Shown here in pieces: positions 8,360 to 24,739 of a stretch of 64,000 nucleotides of DNA. Source of the DNA: an uncultured Phycisphaerales bacterium (GTDB lineage: Bacteria > Planctomycetota > Phycisphaerae > Sedimentisphaerales > Anaerobacaceae); assembly GCA_963772725.1 (NCBI GenBank), contig CAVYYI010000001.1:1261231-1325230 (forward strand), written 5' to 3'. The notes under the pieces were generated by a model. That model had not been told where the DNA came from, ran no database searches, and worked only from the letters and a program-made list of their open reading frames with translations. Position 1 is the stretch's first letter, and every line of letters begins with the position of its first letter. The translations under genes were made by a program, and so were the position numbers.

Positions 8360-9148
8360 TCAGCGTCGGATTATCTCAGGCTCGGCAAAATCTTTGGGAA
8401 TTTCAAACTCAAAAATCTTATCGTTTAGCTTTTCATTGACCTTCGTTTTAAGCAGCCGTATTTCATATATGTCGTTATCTGGTGAGACAGCGACTATTTT
8501 TATCGGCAAATTCTGTTTTTTATCTATCCAGAAATCAATAGCAGAATAATTGTCCTTATAAATTGATTGCGGTTTTGTGTACAAATGCAGTTGAACACAG
8601 CCTTCCATTTTAGTTTTCGCTTCGTCTATCAGCGTTATTTCAAACTGATTTTTTAACTCTTTGGTTTTGGTAAAACCTATAAGCGGAAAATTACGGCTGA
8701 CCATCTCAAAAACATCCACAGGCTTATTAGGTTCGTTCGCGTCGCTCTGCTGATACAGTTTAACCTCTTTTGTCCCGTAGTCTATTTGTGTAAGCCAGAG
8801 GCCGTCAAAGATGTATTGCTCCATTTCTTTTCGTTCTTTTTCCTGGTCCTGTTTTATGGTCTGAAAATTTACTCTAAGCCTGGTATTCTTGCCGGTTTTT
8901 TGATAATACAGAATTCCCTTTCGAAGTATTTTCGAGTCAAGCAAGGGCTGGCTGAACAGATATTCGATGTCCGCCTGATATGACCGCAGCGTCTGAGTTC
9001 TATCGTTAAGCTGACCTAAGATTTTTTCGACCTCTTCTGTGTCCTGCTTTTCCTGCTCCTGTGCTGCGGAAGTAACCGAGCAGCCTTGTCCATAAGACAA
9101 AACTGAAAAGAGAAAAAGAATAATCAGTGTTTTCGAGATTGTCTTCAT
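8360..9148 (-). CDS. LolA-like outer-membrane lipoprotein carrier family protein
   Basis: Signal peptide; SYQADIEY...GILYYQK...FDGLWL...FWIDKKQNLPIKI...KIFEFEIP LolA-fold pattern. Confidence 0.65.
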   Translation of the reverse strand: MKTISKTLIILFLFSVLSYGQGCSVTSAAQEQEKQDTEEVEKILGQLNDRTQTLRSYQADIEYLFSQPLLDSKILRKGILYYQKTGKNTRLRVNFQTIKQDQEKERKEMEQYIFDGLWLTQIDYGTKEVKLYQQSDANEPNKPVDVFEMVSRNFPLIGFTKTKELKNQFEITLIDEAKTKMEGCVQLHLYTKPQSIYKDNYSAIDFWIDKKQNLPIKIVAVSPDNDIYEIRLLKTKVNEKLNDKIFEFEIPKDFAEPEIIRR

Positions 9149-9170
9149 AAAATATCATTCCCATTTCTTT

Positions 9171-9235
9171 TGTCATTTCCGCGAAAGCGGGAATCCACTT
9201 TTCTAAAATGGATACCTGCTTTCGCAGGTATGACA
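9171..9235. repeat. Palindromic RPE/dRS3-like miniature repeat
   Basis: TGTCATTTCCGCGAAAGCGGGAATCCA...TGGATACCTGCTTTCGCAGGTATGACA inverted arms; reads SFPRKRES / WIPAFAGMT. Confidence 0.75.
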
Positions 9236-9262
9236 AGGCGTAACATGTCAGTTTGGTTAAAA

Positions 9263-10137
9263 TTAAAAAACAATTGCGGCGTAACCGACACTGTCCGAGC
9301 TTTTTCTATGCAGTTTTTTTATCATTACCTCATTACTGTTCGTATGGGCAAGCAAAAGACCTTTGGTTTTATTGAGTTCCCTGACCGCTGAAACGATTGC
9401 GCTGCCGCGCCGGAACCGCAGGCGTTAAGATTTTCCGCTGCGCTAACGAGCATCTGCTCGGCGTCGAGTTTAATCACAAGGTCAATAAACTGTTGGTCGT
9501 TCACCTCCGTGGCCCATTTAACAGCTTCGGGGCCGATTCCCATAACTTCAAAACCATATTGGGGCCCGTAATGAGTCAAATCTGTTGAGCCGATACAGAT
9601 AATCTTTTTCTGTTTTTCGCCGCGTATTATCCTTCCGACGCTTTTTCCCAACGCCAGAGACAGGTTGTTTGGCGGCACAACAATAGGCAGTATTTTGGCC
9701 CCGGGGAAAAGGTGCTGAATGAATGGAACCTGCACCTCGATGCTGTGCTCGTGATGGTGGGCTTCCTCGTTTGGTATGGCGTCCTCGGTTTTTAACACCA
9801 CATCGGCAAGGTCTTCATCAATGGCAATATCACCGAGAGGCGTGTTCCAGAGCCCCCTGCTGTAAACTGCCGGCGTTTTGCCGAAATAACTGTGAGCAGC
9901 CCCGAATATAACAAAACAGTGAACCTTTTCATGACGATGCCTGATTGCTGAAAAGGCAGCGGCGGCGACTTTACCACTAAAAAGCCAGCCGGCGTGAGGA
10001 ACGATTGCGCCTGCTATCGTATCCGGCAGCAATTCGCTGACACCGACTTCTTCGAGGTATTCATTTATCTCATCAATACAATCATTATGCTGAGCAGGGT
10101 AAAACTGACCCGCGACAACTGGTTTTCTCGTTTGCAT
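9263..10137 (-). CDS. amrB: AmmeMemoRadiSam system protein B (MEMO1 family); one frameshift near the 3' end
   Basis: RKPVVAGQFYP, VPHAGWLFSG, EHSIEVQVPF, STDLTHYG; C-terminal SVGYAAIVF continues in another frame. Confidence 0.88.
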
Positions 10138-10237
10138 TTTTCCCCACCTGTCCCTTGTTTTAACTTCAATTTCCTGTTATTATATAAAACTCTGTTAAAG
10201 GATAAATATATTGTAACTCAATTGTGGGAAAAATCAA

Positions 10238-10741
10238 ATGGTATCTGAAAAGAAAAGTCCGGTAGCGGTGGTAATGGGTTCCGACAGCGATTTGACGATT
10301 ATGCAGAGCTGTATCGAACAATTGGGCGATTTCGGAATTAAGCCCATAGTTCGGATAATTTCAGCACATAGAACACCCCAGATAGCTGCCGAATTCGCCG
10401 ATAATGCCGCATCCAGCGGGATAAAAGTAATAATCGCCGCCGCCGGAATGGCCGCCCACCTTGCGGGTTCAATAGCAGGCAGAACCACCCTTCCCGTAAT
10501 CGGTGTGCCGATGGCCGCCAAGGAAGGTATGGCTGGACTCGACGCCCTGCTCAGCACCGTCCAGATGCCACCGGGAGTACCGGTTGCGACAGTCGCTATT
10601 GGAAAAGCGGGCGCAAAAAATGCCGCCGTACTTGCCGTTCAGATATTGGCTTTGGCCGATGAAAATCTTGCCGCAAAGTTAGTAGCTTTCAAGAAAAACC
10701 AGGAAAAACAGGTAATCGAAAAAGACTCTGCCCTGCAATAA
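10238..10741 (+). CDS. purE: N5-CAIR mutase
   Basis: MGSDSD, SAHRTP, AAHLAG, VQMPPGVPVATV motifs. Confidence 0.97.
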   Translation: MVSEKKSPVAVVMGSDSDLTIMQSCIEQLGDFGIKPIVRIISAHRTPQIAAEFADNAASSGIKVIIAAAGMAAHLAGSIAGRTTLPVIGVPMAAKEGMAGLDALLSTVQMPPGVPVATVAIGKAGAKNAAVLAVQILALADENLAAKLVAFKKNQEKQVIEKDSALQ

Positions 10742-10743
10742 CA

Positions 10744-11814
10744 ATGAATATCGCAGTTGAAACAATTTTAATACGCTGTCCGAACTGGGTTGGCGATATA
10801 GTTATGGCCGCTCCAGTCTTCGATTGTATCAGGGAAAATTTTCCGCATGCCCGGATAACCGGTATTCTCAGCAAAAATGCCCAGGGCATAGTAAGAGACG
10901 GCCCCTGGTTTGATGATTTTATTGATTGTGAAGATAAAACACTTGCCGGAATGCGGCGAATGGTAAAAAAAATCCGAGCATTAAAGCCAGATATGGCGAT
11001 TTTGCTGACTAATTCGATTCGATCCATTTTGCCTGTATGGCTGGGAAGGAGCGAAACATATATACGGTTATCGCAGAAGTTTACGGGGGATGCTCCTTGA
11101 GCGGCGGGCCTAAGCCGCTTCGCCGCGGTTTTAAAATAACTCCTGTTCCTATGCAGGAATATTATTTAGAGATATGCCGATGGCTTGATTTGAAACTGCC
11201 GGCGGTAATAAAGCCGCGACTTTTTATCGGCGATGACTTACAAAAACACGGAGACGAAATTTTGCGAAAATACGGTATTGAGCCGCATGATAAAATCATC
11301 GGCTCTCAATCCCGGCGCGAGTTTTGGTTCGTCAAAATGCTGGCCTGCTGAACATTTCGCCAAAACCGCTGAATTATTTACGCAAAAAAAAGGGGTTAAG
11401 ATTTTACTATTGACCGGCCCCGGGGAAGATAAAATCGCAAAGGAGATTTTAGCGAAAACAAAAGCATCAATCATCGATACCGCCTCTGACCACATCGACC
11501 TTGAAATGTTAAAACCATTGGTCAAACGATGCAATCTTCTGATTACCAACGATACCGGCCCGCGGCATTACGCGGTAGCTTTTGACGTTCCGGTGGTGGT
11601 GATAATGGGACCGACAGACCCGCGATACACTTCAGTAAATCTGGATAAGAGTATTGTGATTCGAGCGGATGCGGACTGTTCGCCCTGTCATAAAAAGATT
11701 TGCCCCACCGACCACCGCTGCATGAGGCAGATTACTCCCCAGATGGTTTTTGAGGCAGGGGAAAATTTATTGAATGAACAGGAGCAATATGAAACCATCT
11801 CACTATCGAAATAA
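10744..11814 (+). CDS. waaF: LPS heptosyltransferase II (GT9), frameshifted across three ORFs
   Basis: PNWVGDIVMA, NPGASFGSSKCWP, NDTGPRH, CSPC...CPTDHRCM. Confidence 0.85.
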
Positions 11815-13340
11815 GTGGATTGCCCTGTCAAAAACCGCTGTTGACAAGAATGCGTTATCTCAATTGGCAAAGCAAACGCCAATTCTTTTATGGACCATTA
11901 TTATCGAGACGGCCATTATGATAAAGACTATATCGATTTGATTGTGTGAGATGGCGACTTTTTTCCCGGATAAGGAATTAAGCAGCGTTGTTTCGTCAGC
12001 TTTTTTCAGCGTTATTATCGAAGAATTATGCGATGATTATGAAGACTTTCAGTTTGAGGCTTACAATCGGGTAATGTCGCAGGTGATTTCGTATTGCCGC
12101 AAAGTCCCTGCAGGAAAAATACTTGACCAGTATCTCAATAGATTTAATCTTTCCTCCGCGGAAGATATTTTCAAACGTGCCGGCCGTATTCATACCCAAG
12201 ACTATCATTTCGATGCTGAAGCAAAAGCCGTAAAACGAATATTTCTGTTGTCGCGCATAACTATCGGCGCAGATGTTGCTATTGTCAGCGTGATGATACA
12301 GCGTTTATCGCGATGTTTCCGAATGCCGAAATCATTATACTCGGCAGTCTTAAACTTAAAGAAATATTCGGCGGAAATCCTCGCCTCCAGGATAAAAGAG
12401 GTTGCTTATTCTCGCGGCGGCGGCCTGCTTGAGCGACTCGAGTCCTGGTGCAGCATTATGGATATCTTTGAAGAAGAACCAGCAGCAAATGGTGCTGAAT
12501 CGGTTTTGTTAATCGACCCGGATTCCCGCATCACACAATTGGGCATTCTCCCGGTAATTGAGCGAAAAGAACTATCTGTACTTCAACAGCCATAAGGATT
12601 TGTCTTGTCCGCCAAAAACGCCTGCATGGCTGAACATCGCCAACGCGTGGATGGATAAGGTATTCGGCAGGTCAAATTTTTGCTACCCACATGGTTTGGC
12701 TTGAAACGAAACTGCTGAACCAGACTAAGAAAATAACAAATTCACTGCTGCAAAGCGGCAGTAAAAAAATTACCGCTGTTAATTTCGGCGTGGGAGGAAA
12801 TCCTCGGAAACGACTCGGCCTTACTTTTGAGAAAAAACTGATATGCGAACTTCTGAAACATCCCAACAGTGTTGTTATTCTCGATAAAGGTTTCGGGGCG
12901 GAGGAATTGATGAATTCACAGGAAATCATCAAGGAAGCAACAAACAAAGGGTATGCCGTCCAGCATGTCGAATTAAACCGGGGCATAACTGATAATTTTT
13001 CACACGGCCTTTTGACTGTTGAAGGCAATATCGGAGAAATCGCGGCGATGATAGGCGGCAGCGATGAGTTTATCGGGTATGATTCCGCCTGTCAGCATAT
13101 TGCGGCGGCGATCGGCGTGTCCCTGCCATAACATTATTTACCGGTTCAAATAATCCGCGATTTATCCGGAGATGGAGCGCCTGCGGAAATACTTCATGCA
13201 AGGTCGTTCACGTCGACACATTTGGCCATCCTGATGATATTAACTTGATGAGATTATAAACCGTATGATGGAGGAACGTCAGTCAAACCGAAAGCCGATT
13301 CCGAAAAAATATAGCGTAAAAATTCTCGCAGAGATGTAAA
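11789..13340 (+). CDS. GT9-like glycosyltransferase, frameshifted (boundaries approximate)
   Basis: Fragments SRITIGADV, FIGYDSACQHIAAAIG; located in the LPS cluster. Confidence 0.55.
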
Positions 13341-13380
13341 GATAGTTAAAGACGAATTTTAACCAGAAACTGCACATAAT

Positions 13381-14901
13381 ATGAAAATATTTTTTATATA
13401 TCCTAATTCAGGTTCGCAGATTGGTTTTAATTACGGCGTATCCCATATCGCCGCGGTTCTGGCAAAAGCCGGACATAAAGTCGTTTTCTGGCAGCTTTGC
13501 GAAGAATGGCTCCCCTGCCTTCCAAAGAGGTATTTATAAGCAGAATAAAAAAAGAATCGCCTGACCTGCTTGCCTTTTCCGTTGTTACAAATCAGTGGGC
13601 TTATACTGAAAAACTTGCCGCGTGGGCAAAAGAATCACTATCTATTCCGATCGTTTGCGGCGGTGTGCATGCATTGGTCAGCGGCCAGGAAATTTTAGAG
13701 ACCGGCCTGTTCGATTACATTTTCCGCGGTGAAAGCGAAAATGCCTTTCTTGAATTCGTTGAAAGACTTAGCCGCGGCGAATCTGTGGATGATGTCAGCA
13801 ATCTCGGCTTTGCCAAAAATGGAAAGATAAAAATCAATCCCGTCGGCCCACTGCCTGATTTGGAGCGTCTGCCGTTTCAAAGATTACGCGATAATGGACT
13901 TTCAGAAACTGATTGATGCCAAAAAGGGATGGGTGGGGCTGATGGCGTCAAGGGGATGTCCGTTTTCCTGCACCTATTGTTTCAATCATAAGATGGTTGC
14001 GTCATACAGGCATGACCTTAAATGCACATTTAAAGAGCTTAACTATATAAGGCGTTTTCGGGTCGACCAGATAATCGACGAGATAAAATTTCTGCTGAAG
14101 AATTATCAGCCGCATCAATACATTCATTTTCGATGATGACATATTTACCTTTGACAAGGCGTATATAAAAGAATTTTGCCAAGACTATAAAGAGATGTGC
14201 GATATTCCCTTTGTGGTCAATGCTCATTTTAAATTTTTCGATGAAGAGCTCGCCGCTGATTTGAAATCCGCCAACTGCAAAGTGGTAAAATTCGGAGTGG
14301 AGTCCGGAAGCGAGAAAATTCGCAAGTCTATCTTAAATCGCCACATGACAAATGACGATATTATTCGGGCTATACGGATTGTTAATGAGGCCGGCATGCA
14401 CAGTTCCGTCTTTGTCATTATAGGCTTTCCTCATGAAAACAGAGAAGATGTATTCGAGACTATCCGTCTGCTGGGTCAGGCCATGCCCGGGCGGTTCCGC
14501 TGGACTTTCTTTTTCCCGTACCCGGGAACAAAAGCCCATGAAATCAGCCTCGAAAGGCGGATTTATTGATGCCGAAAAAATGAATTCTCTTAAGAATTTT
14601 ACGGATGAGTCCTGCCTGGAATTCGGGGCGCAGCACAACTTCCTCTTAAAAAAAATCGGGCGTATTATGCCCTGGTTTGTTAATGCTTATTCCAACCTGC
14701 CGGTCGCTGATTTTTATCGTCAAAAAATAGATGAGATTTTGAAAATGGACGAAGACCAATGGAACCGGATTTCTCCCACGCTTATAGAAGAGGATAAAAA
14801 ACTTTCGCAAAGAATTTTCAGAGAATGGTTTGTCGCATTACGCAATAAAATACAATCCATTTATGGGTGTTATTTCCGATTATTTTTTAAATGAGAAATA
14901 G
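13381..14901 (+). CDS. B12-binding radical SAM protein, frameshifted
   Basis: N-terminal cobalamin-binding region (PIVCGGVH), SRGCPFSCTYC, FGVESGS. Confidence 0.85.
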
Positions 14902-14924
14902 TCAATTACTCATTTCTTAACGGT

Positions 14925-15218
14925 TTAAATGTCGTAATTTTTTTCGGAGTGAATACGGACATTTTCCCTGTAGTTATCCGGCGCCTTATCCTGTTCCAGT
15001 TTTTCCATTTTACGCTGCATCCAGAACATTTTGATTGCTGTGCCGATACAGCCGATACCTACTATGCAGAATAATATCGAAAAGAGCATCGCGAAAAGCT
15101 CCCGCAGCACCCAGACGAGAAATCCAAAACCTATCAACAGCATCCCGATAATAAAAATTACCGCCGCAAAATTCCTTGACGCTCTCGAGAGCGCATTATT
15201 ATAAAAGCGGAATATCAT
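14925..15218 (-). CDS. Small two-TM membrane protein
   Basis: Two hydrophobic helices from ATG 15218. Confidence 0.6.
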   Translation of the reverse strand: MIFRFYNNALSRASRNFAAVIFIIGMLLIGFGFLVWVLRELFAMLFSILFCIVGIGCIGTAIKMFWMQRKMEKLEQDKAPDNYRENVRIHSEKNYDI

Positions 15219-15237
15219 TTTATTTATCCTTACCTGA

Positions 15238-15268
15238 CAAAAAAAGCGGGCTTCACAAGGAAGCCCGC
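15238..15268 (-). terminator. Intrinsic terminator of groESL
   Basis: GCGGGCTTC...GAAGCCCGC hairpin plus T-tract on the minus strand. Confidence 0.8.
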
Positions 15269-15285
15269 TAAGTTTATCGTCACTT

Positions 15286-16934
<1,649 letters not shown>

Positions 16935-17225
16935 TTATTCTTCAATGACTGCCATAATATCAGATTCATCCATAATCAGATATTCTTTGCCGTCCACTTT
17001 AATTTCCGTTCCTGCATAACTGGTGAAGAGCACCATGTCGCCCTTCTTAACCTGCACTTTTTTCAGCGTCCCGTCATCGAGAACCTTGCCCTCTCCGGCA
17101 GCGACGACTTTGCCTTTTCTGGGTTTTTCCTTCGCGGTGTCCGGCAGTACTATTCCGCCGGCAGTTTTGTTTTCCGCCTCAAGACGCTGTACAAGCACTT
17201 TGTCCGCCAATGGTCGAATCTTCAT
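16935..17225 (-). CDS. groES: Co-chaperonin GroES
   Basis: [12 protein letters not shown]...[15 protein letters not shown]. Confidence 0.97.
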   Translation of the reverse strand: MKIRPLADKVLVQRLEAENKTAGGIVLPDTAKEKPRKGKVVAAGEGKVLDDGTLKKVQVKKGDMVLFTSYAGTEIKVDGKEYLIMDESDIMAVIEE

Positions 17226-17268
17226 AAGTTCTTACTCCTTCTAAAAAAAATTAATAACCTTATTTATC

Positions 17269-17682
17269 TCACCTTGAAAAAATACAGTTTCTGTATTTCT
17301 TCGTAAACATTCTATCCAACTGCTCCAGCAAAACACTCATATCAACAGGCTTATCTATAACACTGAAAACATCAAGCTCCAGAGCCTTGCCAAGCATTTT
17401 TTCTTCCGCCTGTCCGGTCAGCAAAATACAAGGCAGCCGCGGATAGCTCATCCTGATAATCTTTATGGTTGTAAGGCCGTTTGATTCCTCGCAATCCATA
17501 TCAACGATTGTCGCATGTATCCGTTTCTGCCTGATAACGTCCACAAACTCCGCGGGCCTGCGGGCAACCAGAAAATTAATCCCGCGAGGCTCGAATATAC
17601 TGCGCACCGCCTGAGGCCATGCCCAGTCAGCGGCACTTGCCAAAACATTAACCTCATCAAATTTTGTATAGTCTCTGACCAT
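17269..17682 (-). CDS. Stand-alone receiver-domain protein (atypical N-terminal acidic pocket)
   Basis: ATIVDM, GLTTIK, PCILLTG, IDKPVD motifs. Confidence 0.75.
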   Translation of the reverse strand: MVRDYTKFDEVNVLASAADWAWPQAVRSIFEPRGINFLVARRPAEFVDVIRQKRIHATIVDMDCEESNGLTTIKIIRMSYPRLPCILLTGQAEEKMLGKALELDVFSVIDKPVDMSVLLEQLDRMFTKKYRNCIFSR

Positions 17683-17696
17683 AACGCCTTTATTTG

Positions 17697-17712
17697 TGCA
17701 AATACCGTGCCA
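17697..17712 (-). promoter_or_regulatory. sigma54 (-24/-12) promoter
   Basis: TGGCAC-GGTAT-TTGCA on the minus strand, immediately upstream of the receiver gene. Confidence 0.75.
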
Positions 17713-17847
17713 TATGCCGTTTTTTTATGACATATCGATATAACATCCTGTAAATAATTAACTTATATAACATAATCTCCCGCGTGAGTCTATGGCAAAA
17801 TTGCAGTCGCAAAGCTTTACCACCCTGCCAGACTGACAGAAAAGGCA

Positions 17848-20498
<2,651 letters not shown>

Positions 20499-20700
20499 TG
20501 TCGCCCTGCGGCAGCCTCTAAAATCGCTTTTTTTCAAACTTCTGCAAAATGCTAACGGATTTGCCCCTTTTTCGCAACATCTGAAGCTGAATTTTCAAAA
20601 AACTCTTATTGAAGCCGGGTTCAGCCTTAAAAATATAATCTTCATCCCGAAAAAACCGCTTAACGCTTTACGAACGACTCTTCACGTTTTTTCTTATGTG

Positions 20701-23700
20701 TTAATCATTTAGCCAGTATGAAGCGAATAGAGCAAAGTCAACGAAATCAACCGTGTGGGAAACATCTATATCTGTTCCGCCGCAGTTATTCGATGTGTCA
20801 CAATCGCTTTCGAGCCATCGCTGAACAAGGTAACCCAGGTCTTCGGTATTGACTCCGTCAGGACAGACCCAATCCGCCGCCGGTATCTGCCACAAAAGCC
20901 GCGGATAATTCGTCCCCTCACAGATTACCCATATAGTCGAAAAATCCCACCCCGTAAACGACGCCTGCTGCTTCATCTGCAGCGTACTTAACCCCGTTCC
21001 ATCCGTACCGAATGGCCTGCCGGAAGTTTGCTTATCCCAGAAACTCCTGCTGATACTGCCGCCGCCTTTGTATCCCACCAGACCACCAATATATTGAGCA
21101 TTAGAAGAACCACTGACTGCGCCCCTCGAATAGCAGTTGCTGATACTGCTGGTGCTTCCACTGTTGCATCCTACCAAGCCGCCAACATATCCCATAGACG
21201 AATAGGCGGATACATTGCTTGTCGAATAGCAACTGCTTATACTGCCGTTGCTGTACCCCGCCAGACCACCAATACGATAAGAACCGCTGACATTGCCCAT
21301 AGAATAGCAATTGCTGATACTGCCATAATAATTATTTCCTACAAGACCACCAGTAGTGACAAAACCGATGACATTGCCCGTCGAGTAGCAATTGATTATA
21401 CTGCCATAGTTAATTCCTGCCAGTCCGCCAACATTAGAACTGCCGCTGCTGCGTCCTCCAAGGACAGATAAGAAACCATGGACAGTACAATTCTCTATTC
21501 CAAGATTTTTAACCGAGCTCCGGTTTCAATCTGACCGAATAAACCTATGTATGAATATGCAACGCTATTTATGTCGAGATTTCTGATGCAAAAACCATTT
21601 CCATCCAATACTCCGCTAAATTTAGGTACCACTGGGTCAGACCACTTAATTCCCGCAAGATCAATATCATTGATAAGTTTATAGCACGCCCAAGGTCGAT
21701 ACCAAATCGTTCCTAAATCATTGGCATCAGCTATTATATAAGGGTCTTCTTCAGTTCCGCTTCCTAGAGGTTCCGACGGTATATACCCGTTAAAAGTCGA
21801 AAGTACCGGATAGCCTCCGCCTTGGGGCATTTGCCAGCAATTGTACGTTCCGTTGGCCTTTTCATTTATAAAATCCCATCCGGCATTTAGAAATGTGTTG
21901 ACATCCTGCATTTCCGCCGTTGTCTTGCCTGTTCCTCCGAAACCGCTGTTCTGTCCGGAAGTCTGTGTATCCCAGAAACTCCTTCTTAAAACACTCCAAA
22001 TGTCCATGAATCCCACCAGTCCGCCGACATCCGAAATACCTGATACAGCACCTGTTGAATAGCAATTGCTGATGAGGCCGCTGTTTCCACCCACTAGGCC
22101 ACCAACAGAAGAATAACCACTGACGTTGCCTGTTGAATAGCAATTGCTGATACTGCCGCCGTAGTTGTATCCCATAAGACCTCCAACATTGGAAGAACCG
22201 CTTACTGCACATGTCGAATAGCAATTGCTGATGAGGCCGTTATTATTTCCCACCAGCCCGCCAACGGAAGATGCCCCGCTGACAACACCTGTCGAATAGC
22301 AATTGCTGATATTACTGCCGCTGTTTCCACCCACCAGCCCGCCAACAGAATCAGAAGAACCGCTGACAGCACCTGTCGAATAGCAATTACTGATACTGCC
22401 GTTGCTGTACCCCGCCAGTCCGCCAACAGAAGATGAACCACTGACATTGCCTGTCGAGTAGCAATTGCCGATACTGCCATAGTTAATCCCTGCTAGTCCA
22501 CCAACATAATTAAGAGAACTGTTGACAGTACAATTCTCTATTCCAAGATTTTTAACTATGCTGCTGTTTTCAATCCAACCGAATAAACCCACGTATTGGT
22601 ATGCAACACTATTTATGTCGAGATTTCTGACGCTAAAACCGTTTCCATCAAATACTCCGTTAAAATCCGGAACCACTGCACAAGACCACTTAATTCCTGC
22701 AAGATTAATATCATTGGCAAGTTTATAACACGCCCAAGGCCGATACCAGATCGTACCCAAATCATTGGCATCAGTTATGATATAAGGGTCTTCTTCCGTC
22801 CCGCTGCCGAGAGGTTCAGGCGGTATATACCCGTTAAAAATCGAAAGTTCTGGATAACCGCCGCCCTGTGGCATCTGCCAGTAATTGCAGGTTCCATTAT
22901 CTTTTTCATTTATAAAATCCCATCCTGCGTTCAGAAATGTATTTGCATCCTGCATTTCGGTAGTTGTTTTGCCTATTCCTCCAGCACTAGTCGCTTGACC
23001 GGAGGTTTGTGTATCCCAAAAACTGTTCAAAATACTGCCATAATCATTTTTTCCCACTAGTCCACCAACATAAGAAGAGCCGCTGATATTTCCTCTCGAG
23101 TAGCAACTGCTGATATTGTCGCGATTGCTATGTCCCACCAGACCGCCAATGTTAGAAGAACCGCTGATATTGACTGTTGAATAGCAATTGCTGATACTGC
23201 CGTAATAATCGTCTCCCACCAAACCGCCAACACAAGAAGAACCGCTGTTTGAACCCATTGTATAGCTATTGCTGATACTACCATGATTCAATCCCACTAG
23301 ACCACCGACATGAGATGAACCGCTGACAGTAAAATTTTCAAGACCAAGATTCTTAACACAACCGCCGGAATCAATGTAACCAAATAAACCGAGATACTGA
23401 TTGCTTCCACCGCTTATGGTAAAATGAGTAATCTTATGCCCGCTGCCGTCAAATTCTCCTGTAAAGGCTGTCCCCTGAAAATCGCTGCTCGAACTGGTAT
23501 CCGTGGCGATAATTGCCTTTGTAAAGACCTGACCTTCCATATTTACATCGGCTGTAAGGATAAAGCATTTACTGTAATCGTTAGTATCGGCGGCCAAAGC
23601 CAGTAAATCCGCTTTTGTGACGATTTGATAGGGGTTGTTCGGCTCACCCGTCCCGCCGCTGTACGCCCCAAAAGCATTACCCGAAACAACAGTTATTATG

Positions 23701-23774
23701 ACTGCAATATAAAGGATAAATGCCGCTTTTGTTTTCACTTTTAGTCTCCTCAAGTCTTTCTCACAAAGAAACAA
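20701..23774 (-). CDS. Secreted GLUG-repeat protein with C-terminal dockerin-like segment; frameshift near 21495
   Basis: YSGGTGEPNNPYQI, repeated VGGLVG...ISNCYSTG units, C-terminal DIDVSHTVDFVDFALFASYWL. Confidence 0.85.
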
Positions 23775-23896
23775 GTATTATACCCCAAACTGATACAGAA
23801 TACAAGTTTTTTCTGCTCGATTTTATTTTTGTTCTCTATACCTTCTATATTCGTAAAACCTTATGTCTCATTTCCACCTTTGAGTTTTTTTAAAAC

Positions 23897-23982
23897 AGTG
23901 TTAATCGGTGTAAATCCGTGTCTAAAAAACCAGCGTTAATCCGTGTCGAAAAAAAACCGTGTCTTTGTGTCTTCGTGGTGGA
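23897..23982. repeat. Low-complexity ATCCGTGT-type intergenic repeat
   Basis: AATCGGTGTAAATCCGTGTC, TAATCCGTGTC and CTTTGTGTCTTCGTGG; related sequence at about 28146-28205. Confidence 0.5.
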
Positions 23983-24202
23983 AAATGCGGGTTAAAATCT
24001 TACCCAGATTAACAAACTTCAATCAAAAACGCAGGTATTTTTTTAGTAAAAACCGGAATTTTAAAATTTTTTTTAGCCTTATTTTACAAGGACTTACAGC
24101 TCGAGGGCATCAAAAAAGGGCAAAATTTTCGATTCAAAAACGCAGGTACGGGCATTTATAGAGATACAAATTAACCAGATACAAGATTTGGAGGTCGAAA
24201 AT

Positions 24203-24739
24203 ATGAATACCGGCTTTATAAAACTGATGCGGACGGAAAAGACACTCGAATTAATGAAGAATGCCGACGCCTTTTTGTTGGCGTCAATTATGGCAATTCG
24301 TGCCAGAAGGAGCAACGATTTTAATGTTTATGACCTTAAAGCCGGAGAGTCGCTGCTGGGCGATTACCGGAATTACGGTATGACCGAGCGAAGATACAGA
24401 ACCGCAAAGGACAAGCTGAAAAAGTGGTCAATTGCGACATTCAGAACGACGACCAGAGGCACTATCGCAAAGCTATGCCAGACAGATATTTACGACATTA
24501 ACGCTCAATTGGGTGACGAACAAAACGACGAACGAACGACGAACAAAAGACGAACAGACGACGAACAGGAGACGACTAACAAGAATTATAATAATGAAAA
24601 GAAAGAAAAGAATGGTAATTGCAACCCCTCTTTTTCTTCTGAAAACAAAATTAAGACTTTTAGCCAGATTAGGCGCGAGCGGGCACAAGCGGCTTTGCAA
24701 GCAGAGAGCAGGAGGTTTTTGGAAAGTGGAGCTAAATGA
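24203..24739 (+). CDS. Phage replication-initiator-like protein
   Basis: GGAGG RBS; GFIKLMR...GMTERRYRTAKDKL...TTRGTIAKL N-terminal domain; internal iteron array. Confidence 0.65.
   Translation: MNTGFIKLMRTEKTLELMKNADAFLLASIMAIRARRSNDFNVYDLKAGESLLGDYRNYGMTERRYRTAKDKLKKWSIATFRTTTRGTIAKLCQTDIYDINAQLGDEQNDERTTNKRRTDDEQETTNKNYNNEKKEKNGNCNPSFSSENKIKTFSQIRRERAQAALQAESRRFLESGAK
24515..24580 (+). repeat. Six ~11-bp tandem iteron-like units
   Basis: GACGAAC cores at 24515, 24527, 24538, 24549 and 24560, plus GACGACT at 24571; A-rich tract follows. Confidence 0.8.

Noticed and set aside
21000..23320. Regularly spaced repeats resembling a CRISPR array
   Set aside because: They are in-frame GLUG coding repeats with similar intervening sequence, and no cas genes are present
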